Positions 23,755 to 37,257 of a stretch of 64,000 nucleotides of DNA are shown here, in pieces (position 1 is the stretch's first letter; every line of letters starts with the position of its first letter). The stretch is from Eledone cirrhosa (taxonomy: Eukaryota). The stretch covers positions 57,288,001-57,352,000 of the forward strand of contig OZ024744.1 of assembly GCA_964016885.1 (NCBI GenBank), read 5' to 3'. The notes below the pieces were generated by a model. It was not told the DNA's origin and searched no databases. It worked only from the letters and a program-made list of their open reading frames with translations. Made by a program: the position numbers and the translations under genes.

Positions 23755-26700
23755 ACTTCAAAACTTCAGAGTTGGTACCATGAACGTAGGCACATTGAAA
23801 GGTCAATCAAATGAGGAGGTAGAGATGCTTGAACTTAAGGAAGTTGATGTTTATTGTGTTCAAGAGACTAGGTGTTGAGGTGACTCTGCTAGATTCATTG
23901 TGTGTAAAAAGTGATGTTATAAACTTTTTCTGGGTGGGAAATGACAACGGACTGGGTGGTGTAGGAATTATGTTAGCTGAAAAATGGGTAGGTAAGGTAA
24001 TTGCCATAAATAGAATGAACGACAGAATAATTAAAATAAGACTAATTCTAAATAAAACTACTGTGACAATAATATCCACTTATGCACCCCCAATCCAGAC
24101 TACCTGACATTATGAAGGACAGGTTGTATGAGTCGCTAATGCTCACTACCTCCCAAATAACTGACAGTGACTACACAATTATTGTTGGCGACCTTAATGG
24201 TCATGTTGGACAACATTGTGATGGCTATGACGGAATCCATGGAGGCTATGGGTTTGGTACAAGAAATGAGGAAGGTTTTAGGATCCTGGAATTCTGTGAC
24301 ACTAATAACCTAACTATCTGTAACACAAACTTCAAAAACGAGATAATCACTTGATCACCTATAGATCAGGGGAGCAAACCAGCCAGATAGATTATATCCT
24401 TACAAGAAGGTGAGACAGAGTGTCTGTTGTAAACACTAAGTCCCTCCCATATGAAGAATGCACCTCCCAATATTGTCTAATAGTTAGTGACCTCATAGTC
24501 AGGACTAGATGAACTCGATGAAGCTAGGTGAGAAGTGTACTTTGCAAGAAGAGAAGCAGAGGATAGAAAGTTCAAGCATGTTCTACAACATGAGGACCAA
24601 AAGCGTGAGGTGTTCAGGATTGTGAGGCAATGTGTCAGGGAAAATTGTGATATTGTTGGGGAAAAGTGCGTTCGTAATGATGATGATGTACTTGCCTTCA
24701 CTGATACTGATAAGAAGGTAGCTTGGAAGTGTCACTACGAGAGACTACTAAATGATGAGAATGAATGGGATAAAGATAGTCTGCCCCAAATTGATCCAAC
24801 AGAGGGACCAGCTGTGCAAGTGGTAGTATAATAAGTAAGGCAATGAAAGATATGAAGACAGGCAAGGCAGCTAGCCTTCAGGGATAGTTGTTGAGATGTT
24901 AAAAGCATCTGGAATGATGGGACATACTATGGTCACCTGGATAGTAAACCAAGTAATACATAAGGGGGTCATACCAAATGACTGGTGTAGCAGCATCATC
25001 ATTAACTGCTACAAGGCCAAAGGAGACGCTCTAGATAGAGAAAACTATAGACGCATTAAGTTAGTTGACCAGGTCATGAAGGTCACAGAAAGAGTTATTG
25101 CACAACTGATTAGAGACCGAATTGATCTAGATGAAATGCAGTTTGGGTTTGTGCCAGCTAAAAGTATCACGGATGCTCTCTTCCATGTATGACAACTACA
25201 GGAGGAGTACTTAGCTAAAAGTAAACCCCTCTTCTTAGCTTTTGTTGACTTGGAGAAAGCCTTTGAGAGAGTCCCCCCCCCCCCACCCTCTATTATCTGG
25301 TGGGCTCTTAGAAAACTAGGAGTAGATGAGTGGCTTCTGAAAACTATACAAGCCATGTATAGAGGAACAGCCAGCAAGGTTAGAATTAACAATGAATATA
25401 GTGAAGAATTTAGCATAAAAGTAGGTATTCTCCATGGCTCCATCCTTAGCCCCCTCCTGTTTATTATTGTTCTACAGGCTATAATAGAAGAGTTTAAGAG
25501 TGGCTGCCCATGGGAACTTCTATACGCAGATGATCTAAGCTCATAGCTGATACTATGCAGAACTAGAGAAAAAATTCCAAACATGGATGCATGGCCTAGA
25601 ATGAAAAGGCCTTAAAGTTAACTTGTCTAAGACTAAAGTTCTAGTATGTAGAAAGGAAAATAGGGCACAGGTTCCCTCTAGGAAATGTCTTGCTCAGTGT
25701 GTAGGAAATGACTAGGTAGAAATTCCATTCTATGTCCCAAATGCAAACTATGAGTTCATAAAAGATGTAGTGGAATCACAGGTTGGCTTTCAAAGAATGT
25801 AGGTTTTATATGTGGCCGATGCTCAGGTGCAATAAGTAGCAAGTGCCCACAGGATACTAACTCCTTCTATTGCCCAGATGGTTCTATAGAAATAGTAGAG
25901 ACACTTTCGGTTACCTGGGTGACAAAATCAGCAGTGGTGGAGGATGCTCTGAAAGTGTAGCAGCCAAAGTAAGAATGGGATTTGAAAAAGTTCAGAGAGC
26001 TAATATCGCTGTTGGCCACAAAAGGTTTCTCTCTAAAAATGAAAGGCAGATTGTATGATGCTTGTATACGAACAGCAATGCTACATGGCAGTGAGACCTG
26101 GGCATTGTGTGCAGAGGACCTGTGCAGATTGGAAAGGAATGAATCATGCATGCTCTATTGGATTGTAATAGTAATATTATGGCAAACCATAAATGAACTA
26201 AGAGAGAAATTAGGTATAAGAGGGATCAGATGCAGTATACTAGAAAGAAGATTGCGTTGATATGGTCATGTGATACATATTAAGGATGACATCTGTATAA
26301 AAAAGTGCAGGATGATCAAAATTGATGGAAGCTATGGAGTAGGTAGACCCAGAGAGTCTTGGGATGAGGTGATAAAAGCTGACCTTGCACACTTGCACCT
26401 CCCTAAGACAATGACACAGGATTGAGATCTTTGGAGCTATGCAGTAATACAGAAGACCTGCCTTCCCTTGTGCACAAACTCAAACTTACACTCAGTAGGC
26501 ACTTCTTAATCCAATATACACTCCTATACCTCCCTCCCACTTCCACCCACACAACCCTTTCTCTGTAAAGTTATGTTGGTACCTCAAAACATCCAGCCCA
26601 CACTGTAAAGTGGTTGTGTAGGTGTCACAACAAAATGCACCCAGTCCACACTGTAAAGTGGTCATGTAGAAGACAAGGTAAAAAGCACCCAGCACACACT

Positions 26701-26870
26701 GTAAAAATGTTTGGCATTAGGAAGGGCATCCAGCCATAGAAAACCAGCCAGAAACAGTCCTATATGAGCGAGACACGGTCACCCAACCAAACTTGCCTCA
26801 AATGGGAGGGACAAACTCGTCTAACCCATGCTAGCAGGGAAAATAGACATTAAACAATGATGATGATGAT
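23755..26870 (+). mobile_element. Near full-length decayed RTE LINE (AP endonuclease + RT + 3' UTR) with an internal deletion near 24500
   Basis: APE motifs (GTMNV, VQET, GVGIML, STYAP, VGDLNGHVG, QIDYIL), RT motifs (QFGF, LLYADD), 3' UTR and (GAT)n tail; many frameshifts and stops. Confidence 0.93.
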
Positions 26871-26939
26871 GATATATATACATATATATTGAATACATAT
26901 AAATAGACCTTATTTATTTATGAAGATGATAATTATTTG

Positions 26940-27612
26940 TTAGTGTGCATGAGCAGCATAGCATAAACAAACTGAGGGAAAAACTTGGCATAAGAGGAAT
27001 TGGATGTAGTCTGCAAGAGAGAAGATTACATTGGTATGGACACGTGATGTGCATGGAAGATAACAGCTGCAAAAAGAAACACAGAGAAACCCCAGTTTCT
27101 GGGACTTGTGGAAGAGGCAGACCCAAGAAAACACTGCAAAGAATAACCTTAGAAAGCTAAACCTTACATCAGAAATGACTAAAGATCACGGAGGCTGGTG
27201 TTATGCAGTACTGAAGAAGACCCAACCTGTGAGCTTAAAATGTGACCTGACCTACACTCCCCCCTTACACTAGCACTCCTTAACATTTTTTCTCAATTTC
27301 ACTACTTCTACCCCCAACACACACATTCCAGGCAGCTGCAATCCCCCTCCCCCATGAAGTGGTTGGTGATAGGAAGGGCTTCCAGCTGTAGGAATCTTGC
27401 CAAACAAAGGGTTAGGAGGACTCTCAGTTGTAAGAAAGGCATGACAACCTCTCCTGATTACTCGATAGAATGTGAGTCTGTATATAAACGAAACACAGAT
27501 CCCTGGCTTGCTTGGGAGATTAGTGGCTCCACTCCAGTATGGACTTGGTATATAGGACCAGCAACCCTTGCTAGCAGGAAAAGCAGATGTTAAAACGACA
27601 ATAATGATGATA
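26940..27612 (+). mobile_element. RTE 3' fragment
   Basis: LREKLGIRGI..RRLHWYGHVM..GRGRPKKT followed by an RTE-type tail. Confidence 0.85.
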
Positions 27613-27625
27613 TGCATATATATAT

Positions 27626-30205
27626 AATTCTAATTTAGTCCAGAAATAGCCGTCGAAACGGCTTGAACTCTGTCGTCAGAGTCATACTTTTTCCTATATA
27701 TATATATATATAGGAAAATAGGAAAATGTATGACCCAGACGGCAGAACTCAAGCCGTTTCGACGGCTATTTCTGGACTAAATTAGAATTTTTAGCCTGGT
27801 AAATAAATAGTCGAACTTTTCAAGGGGAACTTCCTTATATGGGAAGATTGTAGTTGTCAAGAGGACTGGTCAAAATTTCTTGTAAACACAGTGTGGCAGT
27901 GGGTAGGTGATGGGGGTGGCTGAACTTGCCTGTAGACCAATGAGGGAGTGTGTGGAGCCGGTCAAGCGTTGAAAGTGAAATCTATATAGCAACTTCTAAG
28001 GATTATGTATGAAAGTAGGCCAGAGGAAGTAGGCGAAAAAGGATTCTACAGAAAATAGAGGAGGGACGTTATAGAATAGGTAAATCAATTGAGATTAGGA
28101 GACAATAAAAAAATAAGAGAAAGACATATAAAAATATAAAATTGGATAGTAAGAAATGATAAAAAACAAAAAAATGTGGAGTCTAAAACAGCTACTATAT
28201 TTAGTTGGTGTTGCTTTTTCGGCCACTGCTAGAGAATAGGTTAATAAGTTGAGAATAGAAGATACTAAATAAGAATTTTTGAAGTTATAGAATTGGGTAG
28301 TAAAAAGTAATACAAAATCTCTGGGATGTAACACAGCTGCTATGATTAGTTAGTATTGCGTTTTCGTGCTACCTTTAATTTACTAGGGTGGGGGTACTGA
28401 AGCTACAGAGGCCCGATGGGCTGCCTCGCGGTAGGTGAAAGGGGAAAAAAGAAAGAGGAAGAAGATCGGGAGTGGAAGGAGGTGATAGGAAGAGACAAAG
28501 GGAAGAAGAAAAAAGAAAGGAAAAGTAAAGAGATACATCTACCTATGTAAGCTGGGGTTTCCCCTATCTTATTCGGCAAGTGGGATGTTTCAGCCATTGT
28601 CTACCCACCCGGATCATTAGGGGGTTTGAGGGCGAGATAAGTCCTACGCAATCAGTGTTTGCATGCAGTTACCAGTTCGTCTTTTTTGTTTAGGAGTTGA
28701 TCCTTCGTAAACAGCATTTGTAATGTTTCCTCCAAGCACAAGTGACACGGACGGCGTCCTCCCGTGTAGGAGTTAGTCCTGGACAGTAAGCTCCATGTAA
28801 GATTGTATGTTATGTTATTATCTTGGAGGTCCCAGATGTGGCCCGAAAGTGTGGTGGCATGTCGCCGGACCGGGTTTCGGAACGTATGTCGGTGTTGGTA
28901 GAGCCGGGTCTTAAAGTCACAAGCGGTTAATCCTATATAAGCTTTGTTGGAGGTGTCCGTCCTCACGTTGCACTGGTAGATCATGTTACGTTCTCGGTAT
29001 CTGTTGTTGAGGGAACACGAAGATCTATCAGGGCAGTTAGACCTCCTGGTCAGCTCTCCACTACTGTTTAGGTTGTTTCTTCCATAGGAGTTGAGTTTCT
29101 TGTTGTTTGAGGAGGCGATGTTTTGTGCGAAGTTGGGTATGGTGCTGTAGGAGAGTTTGATAGTGTTTTTGTTGATTATGTTGTGGTGGGAAGTGTTTTT
29201 TGAGGAGCCTAAAGAAGATTTTCCCGATAGGTGTTGCCACCTTGGCATTGTGGGGAGGGTTGAATCATATTAAGTGGCGTGAGCGGCGGTATCGCCTGCT
29301 GGTTCCGCTAAGAGAAGCTGGATAAAAGGATATTTCCTCCCGGAAGCCGCTTTGCTTGAGGGCCTGGTTGTAATGAGGCGCATGTTCGTCGAATATCTGC
29401 TCATTAGCGGACAAACGAGATATGCGGAGGGAGATGTTTTTAACCAGGTTATTGGTGATGTTTCTAGGATGGTTAGAGTGGCGGTGGATGTAGTGCAGGT
29501 TGTCGTTTGGTTTCCTGTATGGGTAGTACAGATCATTTTCGAGGTTGAGGGTAACGTCCAGGAAATTGACTCGGGTTAGGGACGTTTGTAGGGTGATTTT
29601 AAATCCCCAGTCCCGGAAGAAGTTGATTAGTTGTTTACGGACCCTCTGACTTATTTTTTTGTTTTTTATCACTTCTTACTATCAAATATTATATTTTTAT
29701 ATGTTTTTCTCTTTTTTTTTATTGTCTCCAAATCTCAATTGATTTACTTATTCTATAACGTCCCTCCTCTATTTTTCTCCAGAACCCTTTTTCGCCTACT
29801 CCCTCTGGCCTACTTTCATACACAATCCTTAGAATTTGCTGTATAGAATTCACTTTCAACGCTTGACCGGCTCAACCCACTCCCTCATTGTTCTACAGGC
29901 AAGTTCAGCCACCCCACCACCCACCCACTGCCATGATAGACTTAATTGTGTTTACAAGAAATTTTGACCAATCCTCTTGACATCTTGACAACTTCAATCT
30001 TCCCATATAAGGAAGTACCTCTTGAAAAGTTCGACTATTTATTTACCAGGCTAAACATTCTAATTTAGTCCAGAAATAACCGTCGAAACGGCTTGAGCTC
30101 TGCCGTCGGGGTCATACATTTTCCTATTACCCACTCTACTACCCTAAGTATTGAGTACTCTGTGCGTTATGGTCCATCTGGTTCCTTACCACAACTCCTT
30201 CATTA
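27626..30205 (-). mobile_element. 5'-truncated Penelope-like element (Neptune type): RT C-terminus + GIY-YIG, with inverted pseudo-LTR
   Basis: VNFLDVTLNL..YPYRKPND..YIH..SNHP, I*FNPP, IKLSYST, IYQC..YIGLT..FKTRLYQHRHTF and CHLCLEE motifs. 27718-28175 and 29651-30125 are inverted copies; a short third copy lies at 27626-27695. Confidence 0.92.
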
Positions 30206-30634
30206 TATATATATATAGATATATTGGAAAATGTGTGAGATCCTTGGTACAGTCAGGTATATTTGAAAATAAGGAAAAGAATGACTTCACTTGTAGTGTT
30301 AAAAAATTTGATTTAATTTTATAATATTATAATATTAACCAACTCATAATATTATCTCCTTATAATATATAACCAGCAATTTCTCTGTCTGTCTGTCCGA
30401 CAGTGGAAACACGTGCGCGCATGGTTGCTATCTCTCTCTCTCTCCAGCTATCCCTCTCTTTTAGTCTGTCTGTTTCTCTCACTCTCACTCTTTCTCTTTG
30501 TAACACACTAACATTCCTCCCCTCTATCGCTGTGACGAATGGGGAGATGGAGGAGGAGAAGAGAGTCACTTCGTCACTTCACCTCTGCCTTTCTTTCTCT
30601 CCCCTCTCACTCCCTCATTACGTACAGACATTAG

Positions 30635-30826
30635 GGCGGTGGATTGGCAGAATCTGTAGAGAGTCGGACACCATGCTTCATAGCATGGAGTTACGTCCCT
30701 TTACGGTCTGAGTTCAAATACCGCCGAGGTTAACTTTGCCTTTCATCCTCACGGGGTCGATAAAATAAAGTACCAGTAATGTACTGGGTAATTGCTGGCT
30801 TTGTGCCAAAAGTAGAAACAATTATT
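30635..30826 (+). mobile_element. tRNA-derived SINE family A, full-length
   Basis: GGCGG start, A-box TGGCAGAATCTG, B-box GAGTTCAAAT, tail ..agtagaaacaattatt; more than 10 copies in the window. Confidence 0.88.
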
Positions 30827-30971
30827 AGAAACATTGCTTCATTTTTACATATCTAAGCATTAGTAAAATAACTAATAATTTCAAAAGTAATTTTTCAATT
30901 CCAATTGTTATAAACAGCAAAACATTAATAATAATTTTGTTCTAAGAAATATATATACATTTCTGTGTGGG

Positions 30972-31036
<65 letters not shown>

Positions 31037-31638
31037 GAAATATATATACATTTCTGTGTGTGTAATATATATATATATATATACACACACACAGAAATAT
31101 ATGGGCATTTCTCTGTTTGTCTGTCTGTCTGTCCTTCCCTAAAACTCAAATGTAGGTGCTACAGAAATATTACCTTCCCCTTCCTTTCTCCACTTTGGTA
31201 CTACCAAGAGAAACACTGTCGCTATAAAAACATTACCTTCCTCTCTCCACTGACTTTGGTCACTGAGGCCGAGGGAATCGCTGGTTGCTATAGAGACACC
31301 TTGCACAAGCCAGAAGTAACCAGTTCGAGGCGGTTCTGACTTGACACCATGCCAAGGACCATTTGAAGATATATTTCCATCGTTATATCATAACGTTTAT
31401 ATATCATAACGTTTATATTTCCGTCACTAATCTCTTTTTCTCCTTTTTCGTTTTAACATATATTTATTTCAAAGATTTCACCGTATAGATAACATATATA
31501 TTCATACATGCATAAAAGACACACCGAGAGACGGTGAACATGTGGTGCCGAAAACATTTCTTATCCAAATCTCAACAATATCAGTATATACACTAGATTT
31601 GCTAGCAGAAAACCGCCCACTGGGTGGTTTTCTGCTAG

Positions 31639-31990
31639 TCTATATATCTAAAACAGAGAATGTCTGTCTGTCTGTCTGACTCCCTAAAACTCAAGAACCA
31701 TCCAACCGATTGTTTTCAAACTTTACACATGTAATACTTATGGTCCTGTGAGTGTTTTGAGCAACACAATTTCAAATTTTCAATGCCCTAGGGACCGCAT
31801 TAGGCACCGGTTAGCGTTCTCTCTCTATAATTCTTAGTCTTTCTTTTTAGATAGATACATAGATATAACGTTGCGCCCTTATAATATCTGTCTGTATGTC
31901 TGGCTATCTGAATTACGACATTATGACGCTGTGTGTGTATATGTATATATAGTGTGTGTATATATAGTGTGTAACGTTTTTCGAAATATT
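31639..31990 (+). mobile_element. Helitron-like 5' part
   Basis: TCTATATATC..(TGTC)n..aaccgatt..caaactt start. The internal segment is shared with 19290-19470. Similar heads occur near 30360 and 31100. Confidence 0.55.
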
Positions 31991-32324
31991 TACTTCTGCG
32001 TTCACAGATTGATTTTTTTTAGTTTCAGAAGATCCTGTTAAGGATGAAAGCAGCGATTCTTTGCTTAAACTTTAATCTGTTATTTTAATATATATATATA
32101 ATTATATATTCGTGTACAGATATTTGTGCATACACAATAACAAAATATAAACAAACGTATTTATTTCACGAGCCTCAATAAGGATAAATATATATCGAAT
32201 ATATAAGAACCCTAGAGAAAATCCTGAAGCACAAAATGTAGACACCATCCCGGGGCCGAGGTATTCCGTACTTCTCTGTACTGTTTCGCCCTTATAATAT
32301 GTCTGTATGTTTGGCTTATAATTG

Positions 32325-35300
32325 TTGACATGCAAAAAACAAATAAGATATTAGTTAAATCGGATAAAACGAATAACCTATATGGGATGGAAAGAGTAAA
32401 ATACAATAATTTAATTTTAAAAGAACTGAGGGAAACTATAAAAAAGCCTCAAGCGAGGATTTATTGGACATAAATAAGGAGGCATACAACATTATTACCA
32501 ACCTAGGAATTGAGCATAAGACAGAACTTTTCATACCAAAACAGCCGCGGATTAATATGAAAGACTATAAAACAACTTTGAGGAGGATTTACCAGTTAGA
32601 CTCATAGCACCTTCTAAATCCGATCTAGGAATCATTAGTAAGACTATAATAGATAGGATTATACCAACACTTCAATTGAAATGACAACTAAATCTATGGA
32701 AAGGTACAAGTGAATTTATAGATTGGTTCATAAATATTAAACATAAAAACAATTATAAGTTTATTCAAATGGATATAGCCAGTTGGCGGTGGATTGGCAG
32801 TATCGGTAGAGGGTCGGACGCCATGCTTTCCAGCATAGTTACGTCCCTTTACGATCTGAGTTCAAATCCCGCCGAGGTTGACTTTGCCTTTCATCCTTAC
32901 GGGGTCGATAAAATAAAGTACCAGTAATGAACTGGGTAATTGCTGGCCTTGTGCCTAAAAGTAGAAACAATTATTCCTCAATAACTCCCAGTCTATTAAA
33001 TAAGGCGCTATCATATGCATACAAACACACAGACCTATCTAATGAGGAGATAAATATATTAACAGCAAGGCGAACCTTGATTGATTTTAATAATGATCTT
33101 TGGACTAGGGGTGATAGACCAAAGAATTTTGACATTACGATGGGTTCTTCGGACTCAGCTCAGGTTACGGATTTAGTGGGCATTTCTATCCTTAACACGA
33201 TAAATAGAAAATTGCCGGAGATTACCGGAGGTTTATATAGAGACGACATACTATTTATTGTAGAAAAACATAACACTAGTGAATTAAATAGAGTAAAGAA
33301 AGCAATTATAGAATTTTTTTTTAATTATGACCCGAAATTAGAAATAGAAAATAATAATAAAATAGTTAATTTTTTGGATGTGACTCTAAATCTGAACTCA
33401 GGCCTTTATTACCCTTTCCACAAGGTCAATGAGAACTTAAATTATGTTAGTTTTTATTCTAATAATCCGAAAAGGGTTAAGAATGTAATAGTCAAATAGT
33501 CAACTGTGTACAACAACGAATATCCAGGCTCTCTGCTAATAGATCCATATTTAATAGTAAGGCTATATAATTTAATGAAGCGTTACATAAAGCTGGATAT
33601 AACAATAACATTGAGTATATAGATAAAAATACTGAAATCCATCAAAATAAAATTAATTATAATCATAATAATGATAATAAAAATAAATATAAAAACAACT
33701 GGATGAATAAATCGAAGAAAAAAACAAGAACTAGATCTATAATTTGGTATGCACCGCCAGCATCTTCAGCTATTAAGACACCTATAGCACATTTATTTTT
33801 TAAAGCTTTGGATAAATGCTTCTCTAGATCTCATAAATATTACCCTATCTTCAATAGACACACAGTTAAACTCTCTTACTCAACTACTATGAATATTGCT
33901 CAAAATATAGCAAAAATAAATAATAAGAATCTAAAATCAAACCAACCTCTAATAAGCAATAATAATAATAATACTATAACATATTAGTTAATAGGAATAA
34001 CAATAATAATAGTTTAAACACGAATAATAGTAGAACGCCTTTAAATAGCAATGAAAATAGTATAATGTCTGTAAATAACATTGAGAAGAAATGTAATTGT
34101 AGAAATAGGTCTGAATGCTCTTTACAAAATAATTGCCTTGATAAAAATCTAGTATATAAATGTACCATTAATACAAATGATAATATATATAACTACATAG
34201 GTGCCACTTCATCTAAATTTAAGGAACGTTGGTATAATCACAGACATACTTTTAATAGATCGGATAAAAGATTTTCAACTTCACTTTCACAATTAACATG
34301 GTCTTTAAAGGACAATTAAATACTCCATCTGTTGGAGGGAATTACGGTATTTTACACCCTACCGGAACTCAACAATCTCAGAATGTTGCCATCTTTGCAA
34401 TGAAGAGATTTTTCACATAAACACAAACTATGACAATTTAACCAACAAAAAATAAAAAATGAATTATTTAGTAGTTGTCATAAAATTGATAAAACTTTCC
34501 AGGCAATGTACCAGTTCCAAAAAAATAAGGACAAATAACAACTTAAATATATGTAAATTTTGCCTAATTGAAGAAATAACTTATAGATATTTATATGTAA
34601 AAGAATAACCTCATTGAGAGTTTTTTTTTATCCTATGCTTTAATTAGGATAGTTCAATATTTAATTAGACATCAATTAGGATATATACAATAGATAGTTT
34701 AAGGTTCTTAAAATATTGCTGGACGTGAGAGAAGCGATTCCCTATAAGTTAAAAAATGCCTTTACATTGTAAATGAGTTATCTTCCTTTTGTTTACGTTG
34801 TCCGTAAATTTGTTTGATTAGCTTGAAAAAAACATATATAAAATATGAAATATGGATTAATAAATAATGATTAATAAGACACAGATTATTATTAAAAGGA
34901 AACTATATATATCAGAATAATTACAGAAGTAAATATAACCATTCATTAAATGAAATAAAATTTATAGAGAGTAAATATAACCAGTTAGATTCTAAGAAAT
35001 AAATGAAAATTAAAAAATAACGAAGTTTCACAAAAAGTGAATTTCTAAATTTCAAATTAATTTAGATAATAAATGAACAAAATATATTATATATATTGAT
35101 GGGAATATATGCATGTTCTTATATTTTAATACATATTTAATAATTATTTAATTAGGCTGTAAAGATAAATTCTTTTAAAGTTGTAGTATAATATTAATAG
35201 AATATCTTACCTTATAATAAACAATTATAATAATCTAGAATGAGCTAAATTAAATTAAATTAATTTAAACATATAAATTTGTAATTAACTTAAATATTTG

Positions 35301-36030
35301 ATTGCTATAGAAAGTAATCTATACCTAATAATCTGGACACAATATAAACTTATAATTAACTAAAGCGTAATCCAATACAAGCGATATTCACTGATAAATA
35401 TAAAAAAAAATTTAATCTCTAATTTTGTCTAGCATTTGAATACAACGGTTTTTTATTCTCCCCTTTATTTTATCCTTTCCTTTTCCTTTTCTTCGTTTTT
35501 CTTTATTCCCCTTTGTTTCCTTTTTTCTTTTTCCCCCCTGCATCTTCCCTTTCTGCTGTTTTTTTCCCCCTTTTTTCTCTTACATCTATTTTCTTCTTTT
35601 ATTCATTTATTTGTTTATTTCTCTTCTTTTTCTTTTTCTTTTTCTTTGCATCTTCCATCTCAACTCCTCTTCTATATTTCTACCTTGCTCTACGTTCTAT
35701 TCCTCTTTAAGTTTATCATATTATTTGTGGTATAAAAACGTTGAGATTAGGTGAAATAAATCACTGCCACTATTGGAATTGAATAATCAAAACCGTAGCG
35801 GTATGTCGCATATCAAATCTTATATTTTATCTAATGAAAACGTATTTAAACACCATTGTATCTTTGAAATATGTATAATAAAATATATATTTTGATTATG
35901 AGAATATTTTTCATTTATTAATATTTTGAATAATATTAAAAACTCCAGGAAAATTTTTTTCTGTTGAGTGCTTCTAATCTATTGTAAAATTGTATTCGTT
36001 GAATAATCAACGAGCCATATTAATCTTTGG
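32325..36030 (+). mobile_element. Decayed Penelope-like element (Neptune type): RT, Cys-rich linker, GIY-YIG, long AT-rich 3' region
   Basis: KSDKTNNLY, RLIAPSKS, FIQMDI, MGSSDSAQVTDLVG, GLYRDD, VNFLDVTL, IIWYAPP, VKLSYST, CNCRNRSECSLQNNC and LVYKC..YIGAT..FKERWYNHRHTF motifs, with frameshifts. Confidence 0.93.
32785..32974 (+). mobile_element. SINE family A inserted into the Penelope RT
   Basis: A full SINE splits the QMDIAS / YSSI motif. Confidence 0.92.
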
Positions 36031-36111
<81 letters not shown>

Positions 36112-36204
36112 AGTAGAAGGGGTATTTAATTTGTTGGAAGTCCGAAAAATATAAATGTTTATAACTGATTTAGAGCATTCAACAGTTATTTGGAGTAAAT
36201 ATTC

Positions 36205-36461
36205 AATGATATTAAATAAATGGAAACTATATTTATAAAACCATATTTATTTTATTATATATATTTCAAGGGTACCAAGACACATTGGTACGCTTTAATC
36301 AGATAAAATACAAAGTTTGTTTTATAAATGTCTCTATTTATAAAAACAAACTTTGTATTTTATCTGATGAAAGCGTACCAATGTGTCTTGGTACCCTTGA
36401 AATATATATAATAAAATAAATATGGTTTTATAAATATAGTTTCCATTTATTTAATATCATT
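36205..36461. repeat. Near-perfect palindrome (~125-bp arms) of Penelope pLTR-type sequence embedded in (TA)n
   Basis: Arms are reverse complements around gtctct (36330-36335) and are homologous to 35820-35990. Confidence 0.92.
36356..36418 (+). ncRNA. Minimal type I hammerhead ribozyme
   Basis: Stem I TATTTTAT/ATAAAATA; CTGATGA; stem II AAG-c-GTACCAA/TTGGTAC-c-CTT; GAAA; short palindromic stem III; AUA cleavage triplet. Confidence 0.8.
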
Positions 36462-36462
36462 C

Positions 36463-37110
<648 letters not shown>

Positions 37111-37257
37111 CAGGTGTTAGGAAGGGCATCCAACCAGTGTATTAATGCCAAAACAATTATTAGCACAGCAACAAGTATATAGGAACAACAAAATATGAAG
37201 ACGTTGCATCTCAGAGTTGCAACACTAAATGATGATGATGATGATGATGATGATACA

